IMG/VR virus record: IMGVR_UViG_3300018022_000003
Span: 32,001 to 96,000 of that record
Length of the DNA stretch: 64,000 nt
Source of the DNA: a virus
Direction: 5' to 3' (one strand)
The notes beneath the pieces are model-generated. The model was given only the letters and a program-made list of their open reading frames with translations. It was not told the DNA's origin and ran no database searches. This document shows, piece by piece, positions 42,304-50,585 of this stretch; position 1 is the first letter of the stretch, and the number at the start of each line of letters is the position of its first letter. The position numbers were made by a program, and so were the translations under genes.

Positions 42304-42720
42304 ATGGCAGTCTATTCGTTCAGGTGCGGCAAGTGCGGTACGGTCCTGGAGGAGCTTATGCCCATGGCGACCGCCACCTTCGAGGACCGGCCCTGCCCGG
42401 TCAGGGGGTGCGGGGGCATGTGCCTCTACCAGCTCAGGGGGGCACCCTCCCTGGGCACGGAGGGCATGGCAAACGCAGCCTTCGACGTGAAGGTGGGGGC
42501 GGACGCCGAGAGGCGCTGGGCGAGGATTAGGGCCCGGCAGGAGAAGAGGAACAAGATACGGCAGGAGGCTGGGTCGGGGGCGCTGTCCGCCACTACCCAC
42601 GAGGACTGGCGGCCTGTGCCGGGGGCAAGGCTCCGGGAGCTGGAGATACCCCCCAAGGCCCAAGACCAGATAGTCATCCTGATGAAAACGGGGGAGAAAA
42701 ACAGACTTCCGTCCCCCTAA
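42304..42720 (+). CDS. FmdB-like zinc-ribbon protein
   Basis: MAVYSFRCGKCG...CP...CGG. Confidence 0.7.
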   Translation: MAVYSFRCGKCGTVLEELMPMATATFEDRPCPVRGCGGMCLYQLRGAPSLGTEGMANAAFDVKVGADAERRWARIRARQEKRNKIRQEAGSGALSATTHEDWRPVPGARLRELEIPPKAQDQIVILMKTGEKNRLPSP

Positions 42721-42765
42721 TAGAGAGAGAATCAGGCGGCAGCCTGCCGCCAAGGAGAACTGGCC

Positions 42766-45700
42766 ATGGCACTTTTCGGTTCCTACGCACCCCCTGGGGT
42801 ATACACCTCGGTCGTCATCAGCGGAGCGGGCATACCGCTCTTTGGGAACGTCCGCATCCCTGTCGTAATCGGGGAGGGCCAGGAGTTCTTCGAGCAGGAC
42901 AACGTGGAGCTGCACCGTGGCTCTAGCTCGGTGGCCGACGAGCAGGTCGTGAACGAGAACATCAGCGACCAGGTCACTGACATAACCAACCACCTGCACT
43001 GCACCTACTTCCCGGTAGTTATCGGGGACGGCACGGGGACGGTCACCGACGACCCGAGCAAGGTGCAGGTCGTGGTGGACGGCATCCCTGCCACGGTCAT
43101 CCAGCTCGACGGGACGACCGGCGACTTTTATACCCAGGAGCTAATCACCCCTGGCCAGAACGTCGAGATTACCTACTATTTCAAGCGGACCGACACCCTC
43201 ATCTCCAACGAGGACGAGTCCGACCAGGTCCCGAGCTTCGCTGCATGGCAGGCCTACGACACCAACCAGAACTACCTCCCCATCAGCGTCCAGCTCCCCG
43301 GTGTGACCGGCAGCAACGTCACGGTCATCGTCACGGACGACACCCTGGACTCCCCTCCGGGGACGGGCGTCCTGGACACGCAGGCCATCGGCGGGGCGGG
43401 CACGGACACCATCACCCTCGACATCGCCAAGGTAGGGGGCGGCAAGCGTACCCTCCATGACTTCTACAACCTCATCCAGGCGGGCATCCCCACCAACGAC
43501 GCTGGCTACCTGACGGCCCAGCCCCCGGTCCTGGCAGGCTCCCCCCCGGTCCTCTCCGCCATGTACCCGGCCACCTACAGGCTCCAGGGCGGATACGGCC
43601 CCAACACCAACAAGGTGTTCAAGGTTCAGCACGTCCCCATCGTGGACGGCAGCAACGGCGGCGTGGTCACCACCGACCCGACCAAGGTCGAGGCTCTGGT
43701 GAACGGCTCCAAGGCCACAGTCTCGGCGGTGGACGGCCAGCATGGCCTGGTCACCCTGGCGAACGGCGTAGTGGCGGGCAGCACGCTTACCCTTACCTAC
43801 TACACCAACACCTACCAGAACACCTACGACCTCCTCCCGGCATCCAGCGTCTCCTCCATCGTCGAGGTCGGCCTCGGCCCCAACCGGGCGGACTTTATCG
43901 AGGACACGGACTATGTCCTGGGGAAGGACTCCAGCGGCAACGACACCATCAACTGGGGTGCCAGCACCACCACCGCCGTGGGGCAGTCCACTACCGGCTA
44001 CACCCCCTTCGGCCCCGTCCAGATTAAGACTACCCTGGTGGACGAAAGGGTATGGCTGCGGCCTACCATCAGGGGTTCCTGCAACGGCACGAACCTGGTC
44101 TTCACCCTGCCGGACAGCCCTACCGACCATGGCACGGTTACGGACGACCCGACCAAGATAATGGTCTTCGTGGGCGTCAACCCCGTGGAGGCCCTGGACA
44201 ACTACCTGCCCGGCACCTCCGAGCGGGTCATCACCCTCTCTGGCAGCACAGGGGACTTCACCCTCTACAAGGCCCCCCTGCTGGGCACCCACGTCTATGC
44301 CAGCTACTACCGGAACACCCTGAACGACCACAGCTACACGGCCACGGTCGTCAACCCCGGCATACCGGGGCAGGGCACCTACACCGTCAAGGACGAGGTC
44401 AGCAGGGTGCTCCCTGTGGCCTGGTTCGATGCCCCCAGCAGCAGCGTCACCCAGTCGGGCGAGTTCGCCCAGACGGGCATCGTCTGGCCCTATGCCTTCC
44501 CGGACCTGTACGACTCCCCCGGCGAGGTGGACGAGACCGTCACCCTGACCTTCCAGGACGATGGCCTGCACCGTGACGCCAACCCAGGGGCGCAGGCCTA
44601 CCTCACGACCCAGGGCATCCTGTTCTTCTGCACCACGCCCGGAGTGGGGGGCGACGCTATCAGCGTGGCCTTCAACACCACTGGCACCTATGGGGTAGTG
44701 GTCGCAGGCAACGGCATCACCTTCAACGGCGTCACCACTACCACCCAGGTACTCGCCCTGGCCGGGGCAGGCATCAGCACCACCTTCGGCACCGTCCTTG
44801 CCCAGCTCGTCACGGTAGGCTCCGTCAGCACGGCGGCGGCCCTCAACCTGGACGGCGGCGTTGACCCGAGCGACCCCGAGCCGTACTCCATCCGCTACAT
44901 CGTCACCTCCTCCAGCCCCAAGGGGTCCAGCGGCATGGGCTACCTCGACCAGACCTACATCGACCAGAACACAGGGTTCAAGCTCACCGTCGTCAGCCCG
45001 CAGGACGCCCTGGACTACGGGTACCAGTCCCTCCCCGACCCGCAGTACACCTTCGAGCCGGGGGACACGCTGGTGTTCCAGGTCAGCAGCGAGCAGGCCC
45101 GCTACACGGGCACTACCTACTCCCCGTACAGCCTGTCCCAGCCCAACAACCTGGTCTGCATCGCCGGCCTCCAGACCGAGGTCATCACCACCTTCGGTGC
45201 CAACACCGGGGACACCGCTATCATCCAGACCTTCAACAAGTCCGGGAACGAGCCGGCCATCGGCGAGTACTACTTCGTCTCCTTCCAGACCGACAAGACG
45301 CCCGCCGACATGGCCATCAAGCTGTACAGCAAGGCCTCCGACGCCTATGCCGCCTACGGGCAGCCCACTACCGTCAACCGCCTGTCCCTGGGCGTCCAGT
45401 TCCTCACCCAGAACGGGGCGCAGCAGTTCGGGTGCATCCAGGTCCCGAAGCAGCCCGGCATGAACACCGGCTCGGACGCCAACTTCATCGCAGCCATCCA
45501 GACGCTAACCACGGCGCTCCCCGGCAGCACCCAGAAGGCCAACGTCATCGTGCCGCTGAGCACCAGCACCACGGTCCACCAGTTCCTCAGCAGGCAGCTC
45601 ATCACCCAGGCCAACGTGAGGAACAAGGGGGAGGCAATCGGGTTCGTGGGGTACAGCACCTACACCGACCCGAACACCGCCAGGGCTAACGCCCGTGCCC

Positions 45701-46314
45701 TCAAGAACGCCCGCATGATTGCCATAGGCATGCCTGCGGCCGCCGTCCTCCTGACCGACTCCCAGACCGGGCTGTCGCTGGAGTACGCCGTCAGCGGCGA
45801 GTTCATGGCAGCGGCGATGGCAGGGCTTAACACCAACCCGGCCAACGACGTGGCGACCACCCTGACCAACCAGGACCTCGTCGGGTTCAGCAGGCTGCTC
45901 GTGCAGTACGACGACGCAACCATGAACCTGATGGCCTCGGACGGGCTGGTCTGCCTCACCAACAACAACGGGGCGCTCTACATCCGCCACTACAAGAGCA
46001 CGGACCCGAGCAACCCCATCACCTCGGAGCCGACCTGCACCACGGTCACCGACTACGTCTGCCAGCAGTTCCGCATCGACCTCCAGCAGTTCATCGGGAG
46101 GAAGATGGTGGACGGCCTGACCACGGACATCCAGGTGGTAAGCGACGCCAGGCTGAAGTCCTTGCAGAACAACCAGATAATCTCTGGCTACAAGAACCTC
46201 GTTGTGGTCCAGGACCCGACGGACCCGACCACGGTGGACGTGACGGTCACGTTCAAGCCGATGTTCAGCCTGCTCTACATCTCGGTCACCTTCACCGTGA
46301 CCACGACACTGTAA
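42766..46314 (+). CDS. Tail sheath protein
   Basis: N-terminal YAPPGVYT; C-terminal S..R.GEAIG..G, L..DG...L and DPT.VDV.VTFKPMF; 1182 aa. Confidence 0.92.
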   Translation: MALFGSYAPPGVYTSVVISGAGIPLFGNVRIPVVIGEGQEFFEQDNVELHRGSSSVADEQVVNENISDQVTDITNHLHCTYFPVVIGDGTGTVTDDPSKVQVVVDGIPATVIQLDGTTGDFYTQELITPGQNVEITYYFKRTDTLISNEDESDQVPSFAAWQAYDTNQNYLPISVQLPGVTGSNVTVIVTDDTLDSPPGTGVLDTQAIGGAGTDTITLDIAKVGGGKRTLHDFYNLIQAGIPTNDAGYLTAQPPVLAGSPPVLSAMYPATYRLQGGYGPNTNKVFKVQHVPIVDGSNGGVVTTDPTKVEALVNGSKATVSAVDGQHGLVTLANGVVAGSTLTLTYYTNTYQNTYDLLPASSVSSIVEVGLGPNRADFIEDTDYVLGKDSSGNDTINWGASTTTAVGQSTTGYTPFGPVQIKTTLVDERVWLRPTIRGSCNGTNLVFTLPDSPTDHGTVTDDPTKIMVFVGVNPVEALDNYLPGTSERVITLSGSTGDFTLYKAPLLGTHVYASYYRNTLNDHSYTATVVNPGIPGQGTYTVKDEVSRVLPVAWFDAPSSSVTQSGEFAQTGIVWPYAFPDLYDSPGEVDETVTLTFQDDGLHRDANPGAQAYLTTQGILFFCTTPGVGGDAISVAFNTTGTYGVVVAGNGITFNGVTTTTQVLALAGAGISTTFGTVLAQLVTVGSVSTAAALNLDGGVDPSDPEPYSIRYIVTSSSPKGSSGMGYLDQTYIDQNTGFKLTVVSPQDALDYGYQSLPDPQYTFEPGDTLVFQVSSEQARYTGTTYSPYSLSQPNNLVCIAGLQTEVITTFGANTGDTAIIQTFNKSGNEPAIGEYYFVSFQTDKTPADMAIKLYSKASDAYAAYGQPTTVNRLSLGVQFLTQNGAQQFGCIQVPKQPGMNTGSDANFIAAIQTLTTALPGSTQKANVIVPLSTSTTVHQFLSRQLITQANVRNKGEAIGFVGYSTYTDPNTARANARALKNARMIAIGMPAAAVLLTDSQTGLSLEYAVSGEFMAAAMAGLNTNPANDVATTLTNQDLVGFSRLLVQYDDATMNLMASDGLVCLTNNNGALYIRHYKSTDPSNPITSEPTCTTVTDYVCQQFRIDLQQFIGRKMVDGLTTDIQVVSDARLKSLQNNQIISGYKNLVVVQDPTDPTTVDVTVTFKPMFSLLYISVTFTVTTTL

Positions 46315-46324
46315 GGAAAGACAT

Positions 46325-46352
46325 GGGGGAGAAGGCAGGCACCTTCTCCCCC
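46325..46352 (+). terminator. Strong hairpin after the sheath gene
   Basis: GGGGGAGAAGG-CAGGCA-CCTTCTCCCCC; no U-tract. Confidence 0.45.
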
Positions 46353-46371
46353 GTGACGACAAGGTGGCAGA

Positions 46372-46836
46372 ATGCAGATAAATCCAGTCGTTACACAGGC
46401 AGGCGGGGTAATCAGCGTCCGCCTCCAGGCCTTGTTCATCGGCGACCCCACGGACGCCACGGACAAGACCCTGATTGCGGCGTATGGGGACCCGCAGATA
46501 TCGCTGGTCGGGAACGGCACCTTCGTAGGGCCGGTGCCCAATGCCAGCCCCCCGGCCACCTTCAGCTTCACCTTCCCCAGCAGCGAGTACTACGTGGGGA
46601 TAACGACCAAGATGTCCTCCCAGAGCCTCCGGTTCATGACGTCGCTGCCGACCGTACCCCCGCTCGGCAACCCCAATGCACCGGCACCCATGCAGGGGCC
46701 GCTGGACTGCATCACCATCTACCCTGCGGCCGCACTGGACATCTGGTACACAGCGATGGTCAATGCCATCACTACGGCCATGACGGCCCTGAGGAACCTT
46801 GCCCCCGTGCCGCCCCTGCCGCCAGTGGACGTTTAG
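46372..46836 (+). CDS. Hypothetical virion protein
   Basis: Lies between the sheath and tube genes. Confidence 0.6.
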   Translation: MQINPVVTQAGGVISVRLQALFIGDPTDATDKTLIAAYGDPQISLVGNGTFVGPVPNASPPATFSFTFPSSEYYVGITTKMSSQSLRFMTSLPTVPPLGNPNAPAPMQGPLDCITIYPAAALDIWYTAMVNAITTAMTALRNLAPVPPLPPVDV

Positions 46837-46846
46837 AGGAGCCAAG

Positions 46847-48466
46847 ATGAAGTCGAACCTCATAGCTCGCCGCAAGAAGGCCGCCCTGGCATCCGCAGGG
46901 AACGACCCCTGGGTAACCGACCGGGACGAGAAGGCGGACGCCAAGGCCCCGGAGACCGCAGAGGTCCCCAGGCTGGCCGCCGAGTCCAAGACCGCCCAGC
47001 CCGTCCCAGGAGCGCCCCCTGCTGCCCCTGCCCCTGCCGCAGCCCCGGCTCCTCCCCCTGCATCCCCGGCCCCTCACGGAGGGGGGGCGGTTGACCTCAC
47101 CCAGATATCCAGCGAGGGGCTTGCCAAGATGATAAAGGCCCTTTCCGGCGTCAACGACCTGCTGAACGACAAGGCCCTCCTGGCGGTCATCGAGAAGGCT
47201 ACGGAGCTTCTCAAGGGCCGCCCCGCCGAGCCTGAGGCACCTGCCCAGGCACCCGCCCCCAGGGCGGCATCGGCGAAGAAGGCCTGGAGCGGGGAGGACA
47301 TGGAGATGGCCGACCGCCCCTGGGAGCAGGATAACTACGACCAGAACAACATGAACGAGCCGTCCGTCCCCTCCTGTAACCAGTGCGAGATGCTCAGTAT
47401 CAACGGCGTCAACTGCCACGAGACCGGGTGCCCGAACGAGGGCAAGACGTGGTCCCCGGAGCGCCAGGAGTGGGTGCGCTACAACAAGTGCCCCGAGTGC
47501 GGCAGCGAGGTCGAGGAAGGACAGGCGTGCGACTGTATGGCACCTAGCATGGAGCACTTCTGCCTCGGGGGCCTGAACGTCGCCTCCTTCGAGAAGGAGG
47601 CAGTGACACCCCCAGGCATCAGCGAGGAGACGATGCACGAGCTTAAGGCCGACCCCGGCATCGACGAGCCTTACGCCGTGGCCTGGAGCATCCACAACAA
47701 GAAGAAGGAGGGCAGCTTCCTGGTCACCGCCGTGACCCCGCCCGGCATCAGCGAGGGGAAGATGCACGAGCTGAAGGACCAGTACCCCGGCAACCCCGAG
47801 GCGGCATACGCCACTGCCTGGAAGATTCACAACGAGAAGGAGGGCAGCGACAGGACCGCTGCCGGTGCCGAGGGTAGCTGGTGGGTGAACGTGAAGGACC
47901 AGACCGGCAAGGTAGAGGAGTCCGGGGGCAGGACCCCGGAGGTCGAGGAGGCCCACGGCAAGGTGGACGAGAAGCCCGCCAAGCTGGACCGCCCCGAGAC
48001 CACCCTCCCCGAGAAGCTGGCGGCAGAAAGGCAGTACTGCACGAACTGCCACAAGGATATGGACACAAAGACAGCCCATGGGGTAACCCACTGCACGGGC
48101 TGCGACAAGGTCCTGTTCACCAGCCCCTCGGCCCAGGGAGGCTCGCTGTCGGGCACGGGGAAGAAGGCCGCAGACGGCCCCATGAAGGCCAGCACGGCGC
48201 TCAAGAGGGTCGAGACCCTGGCCGACCGCCTCAAGGAGATGTACCTGGACGCCAAGGAGGTATGCGACGCCAACGACTCCCGGCCCGTCCGGGAGGCGGT
48301 AGAGGCGATATACCGGGCGTACGACCTGCTCGGGACCGCCGCCAAGGTGCTGGGGAAGCAGGACATGCAGGAGAAGGCCGAGGCCGACGCCATCGAGGCG
48401 AAGGGCAAGGCGAAGAAGAAGAAGGGGGGCCTGCTGGACAGCCTGGTGCTGGCCGCCGCCGAGTAG
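46847..48466 (+). CDS. Modular, Pro/Ala-rich probable internal head protein with tandem repeat and zinc ribbons
   Basis: Two copies of AVTPPGISE..MHELK...AW.IHN; CxxC motifs. Confidence 0.65.
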   Translation: MKSNLIARRKKAALASAGNDPWVTDRDEKADAKAPETAEVPRLAAESKTAQPVPGAPPAAPAPAAAPAPPPASPAPHGGGAVDLTQISSEGLAKMIKALSGVNDLLNDKALLAVIEKATELLKGRPAEPEAPAQAPAPRAASAKKAWSGEDMEMADRPWEQDNYDQNNMNEPSVPSCNQCEMLSINGVNCHETGCPNEGKTWSPERQEWVRYNKCPECGSEVEEGQACDCMAPSMEHFCLGGLNVASFEKEAVTPPGISEETMHELKADPGIDEPYAVAWSIHNKKKEGSFLVTAVTPPGISEGKMHELKDQYPGNPEAAYATAWKIHNEKEGSDRTAAGAEGSWWVNVKDQTGKVEESGGRTPEVEEAHGKVDEKPAKLDRPETTLPEKLAAERQYCTNCHKDMDTKTAHGVTHCTGCDKVLFTSPSAQGGSLSGTGKKAADGPMKASTALKRVETLADRLKEMYLDAKEVCDANDSRPVREAVEAIYRAYDLLGTAAKVLGKQDMQEKAEADAIEAKGKAKKKKGGLLDSLVLAAAE

Positions 48467-48540
48467 GCGACTGCGAGCAAAAGGACTTCCGGGGCTTTGA
48501 TTAGGAACGCCGGCCAGCAGGGCCGGACAGGAGGAAAGAC

Positions 48541-49233
48541 ATGGCGCAGGGCGGTTACATCTACCAGCAGGGGGCAAGCCCCCAGACTGAGTCCGTCATC
48601 TCCAGCCGCTTCAAGATTTTCACCGACGTCGTCGGCGTCGGCAAGTTCGTGAAGCTCGGGGTGACGTCCCAGTTCAACATCTCCGAGACCAGGACGGTCG
48701 AGGCGATACGTGGCCTCGGGTACGGCGACCAGGTCGCCGAGCTGGTGCCCGGCGTCACCGAGCCGCTGAGCGTCACCATCCAGCGCACATGCCTCTACCT
48801 TGCCAACATCATGCAGGTGCTCGGCTACAAGGCGGGCGTCTCGGGCGGGGTGCGGTCCATCCGTCACCACAGGTGGCCGTTCGACATCAAGACCGAGATT
48901 GTGTTCAGCCAGCTAGCCTCCGAGGACCCGGCGAACGCCGCAGGCACGGGCGGGGGCACCCCCGACCTGACGAAGGCCGACATCCCGAATGAGGGCGGCT
49001 TCAACAACCTCGGCAACCCTGGCCTGTACGCCGTGGCCACGGTGTACGAGGGCTGCTGGATTAGCAACTACACCACGGGGTACGTCATCGAGACGGCGGC
49101 CGTCAACGAGAACGTGACCATCTCGGTCACCGACATCTTCGACGTGTCCGGGACCGTCTACGGCGAGTTCCTCGACAGCGGCCTGAACAGCGGCGACGCC
49201 ACCGGGCGCAGCCTGCTGTACTCGATATCCTAA
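48541..49233 (+). CDS. Tail tube protein
   Basis: SE.R.VEAIRGLG.GD...ELVPG, RWPFDI and YEGCW; lies downstream of the sheath gene. Confidence 0.8.
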   Translation: MAQGGYIYQQGASPQTESVISSRFKIFTDVVGVGKFVKLGVTSQFNISETRTVEAIRGLGYGDQVAELVPGVTEPLSVTIQRTCLYLANIMQVLGYKAGVSGGVRSIRHHRWPFDIKTEIVFSQLASEDPANAAGTGGGTPDLTKADIPNEGGFNNLGNPGLYAVATVYEGCWISNYTTGYVIETAAVNENVTISVTDIFDVSGTVYGEFLDSGLNSGDATGRSLLYSIS

Positions 49234-49288
49234 GCAAAAGCTAGTATTTAAGCTCTGGCTCTTGAATCCTTTGCGGAGGTGCGGGCGG

Positions 49289-49546
49289 ATGCCAGGGAAG
49301 GTGGTCCGTGAGCAGGCCTGGGTGAACGTGTCCCCGGCCCGCAAGTGCTGGAGGCTGGTCTACAACACCAAGACCAGGAGAGTGTTCATCCTCTTCGAGA
49401 AGGAGGGGCTGACCAAGACCTTCCAGGCCATGTTCTGCTCCGACCCCACCGACGACGAGCCAGGCTCCGTCACTAGCAGGGAGGGCAGGGAGCAGTGCCT
49501 AGAGCATGCCAGGAGGCTGGGCCTGGACATCCGCAGCCGCCGATAG
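49289..49546 (+). CDS. Hypothetical protein
   Basis: GGAGG RBS; start uncertain. Confidence 0.5.
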   Translation: MPGKVVREQAWVNVSPARKCWRLVYNTKTRRVFILFEKEGLTKTFQAMFCSDPTDDEPGSVTSREGREQCLEHARRLGLDIRSRR

Positions 49547-49581
49547 AATCCCCCCGCCAATAGTGTATCCCGATGTATACT
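49545..49581 (+). promoter_or_regulatory. Bipartite promoter-like motif AGAATCC-N22-TGTATACT
   Basis: Copy upstream of the 49605 ORF; includes GTGTATCC. Confidence 0.75.
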
Positions 49582-49604
49582 ACCCGTAGGAGGATACACC
49601 CGAT

Positions 49605-50168
49605 ATGGCGACCATCACTATAGGCAAGGCCCCCCGGCTGGCAATATCCAACATCAAGTCGCACCGTGGCATGGAGGGCCCTACCCTGGACTGCGACCTC
49701 TACCTCGACGGCAGGAAGGTCGGCTACTGCATCGACGACGGGAACGGCGGCGGGATGTACTTCAACTGGGCAGGGTACAGCCCCGACCTGTCCCCCGAGG
49801 AGTCGGGACGCAGGGAACGGGAGAACGAGGAGGCCGTGGAGCAGTACATCACCAGCCTCAGCCTGCCCCCGGAGGTAGTCACCGGCATAGGCCCCGAGCC
49901 GTTCGAGATGAAGCAGGACCTTGAGCACCTCGTCAACGAGGCGGCTGGCAAGTGGGAGGAGGAGAAGACGCAGCAGGCGCAGTTCGCACGCCTTGCCAAG
50001 GGCAAGGTCCTCTTTCGCATGCCCGGCGAGCCAACGGACAAGTTCTGGACGATGGCGCTCAAGAGCAGGGGCAAGGTATGGACGGTGGAGCAGGTGAAGG
50101 CCGCCGTTGTCAAGCGCTACCCTGGGGCCATCTTCATCGAGACCTTCGAGCAGTTTATCGGAAAATAA
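49605..50168 (+). CDS. Hypothetical protein
   Basis: AGGAGG RBS after the promoter motif. Confidence 0.7.
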   Translation: MATITIGKAPRLAISNIKSHRGMEGPTLDCDLYLDGRKVGYCIDDGNGGGMYFNWAGYSPDLSPEESGRRERENEEAVEQYITSLSLPPEVVTGIGPEPFEMKQDLEHLVNEAAGKWEEEKTQQAQFARLAKGKVLFRMPGEPTDKFWTMALKSRGKVWTVEQVKAAVVKRYPGAIFIETFEQFIGK

Positions 50169-50532
50169 CACTTCCTCGGGCTTGGTAGTATACCCTGCCT
50201 AGCAGTCTCCTGCATCTCCTGGAGGGACGCTGCGTCAGGAAGGCACAGCGCCTCCCCCTCTCGTAGGGAATCCTCTTCCCACCCCACTGGCCCGACGTCG
50301 GGTCGGCTATCCTGCCGTCCTGGTGCTCCAGGAACCAGTGGGTCCACCCCCTCCCGCTTATCACCTTAGGGTAGAATCCCCTCTTCTTCCCCCATAGGTA
50401 CCAGAGTGTCTCTGCCCCCAGGTAGCAGTGCCCGAAGGTTGGGTGGTCAGACGCCTTCTTCCTCCCCCTCCACTCTCTGCTCAGCAGGTCGTCCGACAGG
50501 GAGGCGTGTATCAGGCCCATCACCGTCCTCAT
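50155..50532 (-). CDS. Hypothetical protein with possible Cys-His-Asp (transglutaminase/papain-like) triad
   Basis: HCY..AE, THW.L and I.DPT..Q. Confidence 0.5.
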   Translation of the reverse strand: MRTVMGLIHASLSDDLLSREWRGRKKASDHPTFGHCYLGAETLWYLWGKKRGFYPKVISGRGWTHWFLEHQDGRIADPTSGQWGGKRIPYERGRRCAFLTQRPSRRCRRLLGRVYYQARGSVIFR

Positions 50533-50568
50533 ACTCCTGGAATACCCGAAAACCCGCTATACGCTGCT

Positions 50569-50585
50569 TTAATTGAGGAGAACCA
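50569..50585 (+). promoter_or_regulatory. Candidate late promoter/RBS element TTAATTGAGGAGAACCA (copy 2)
   Basis: Exact repeat of 3892-3908. Confidence 0.55.
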
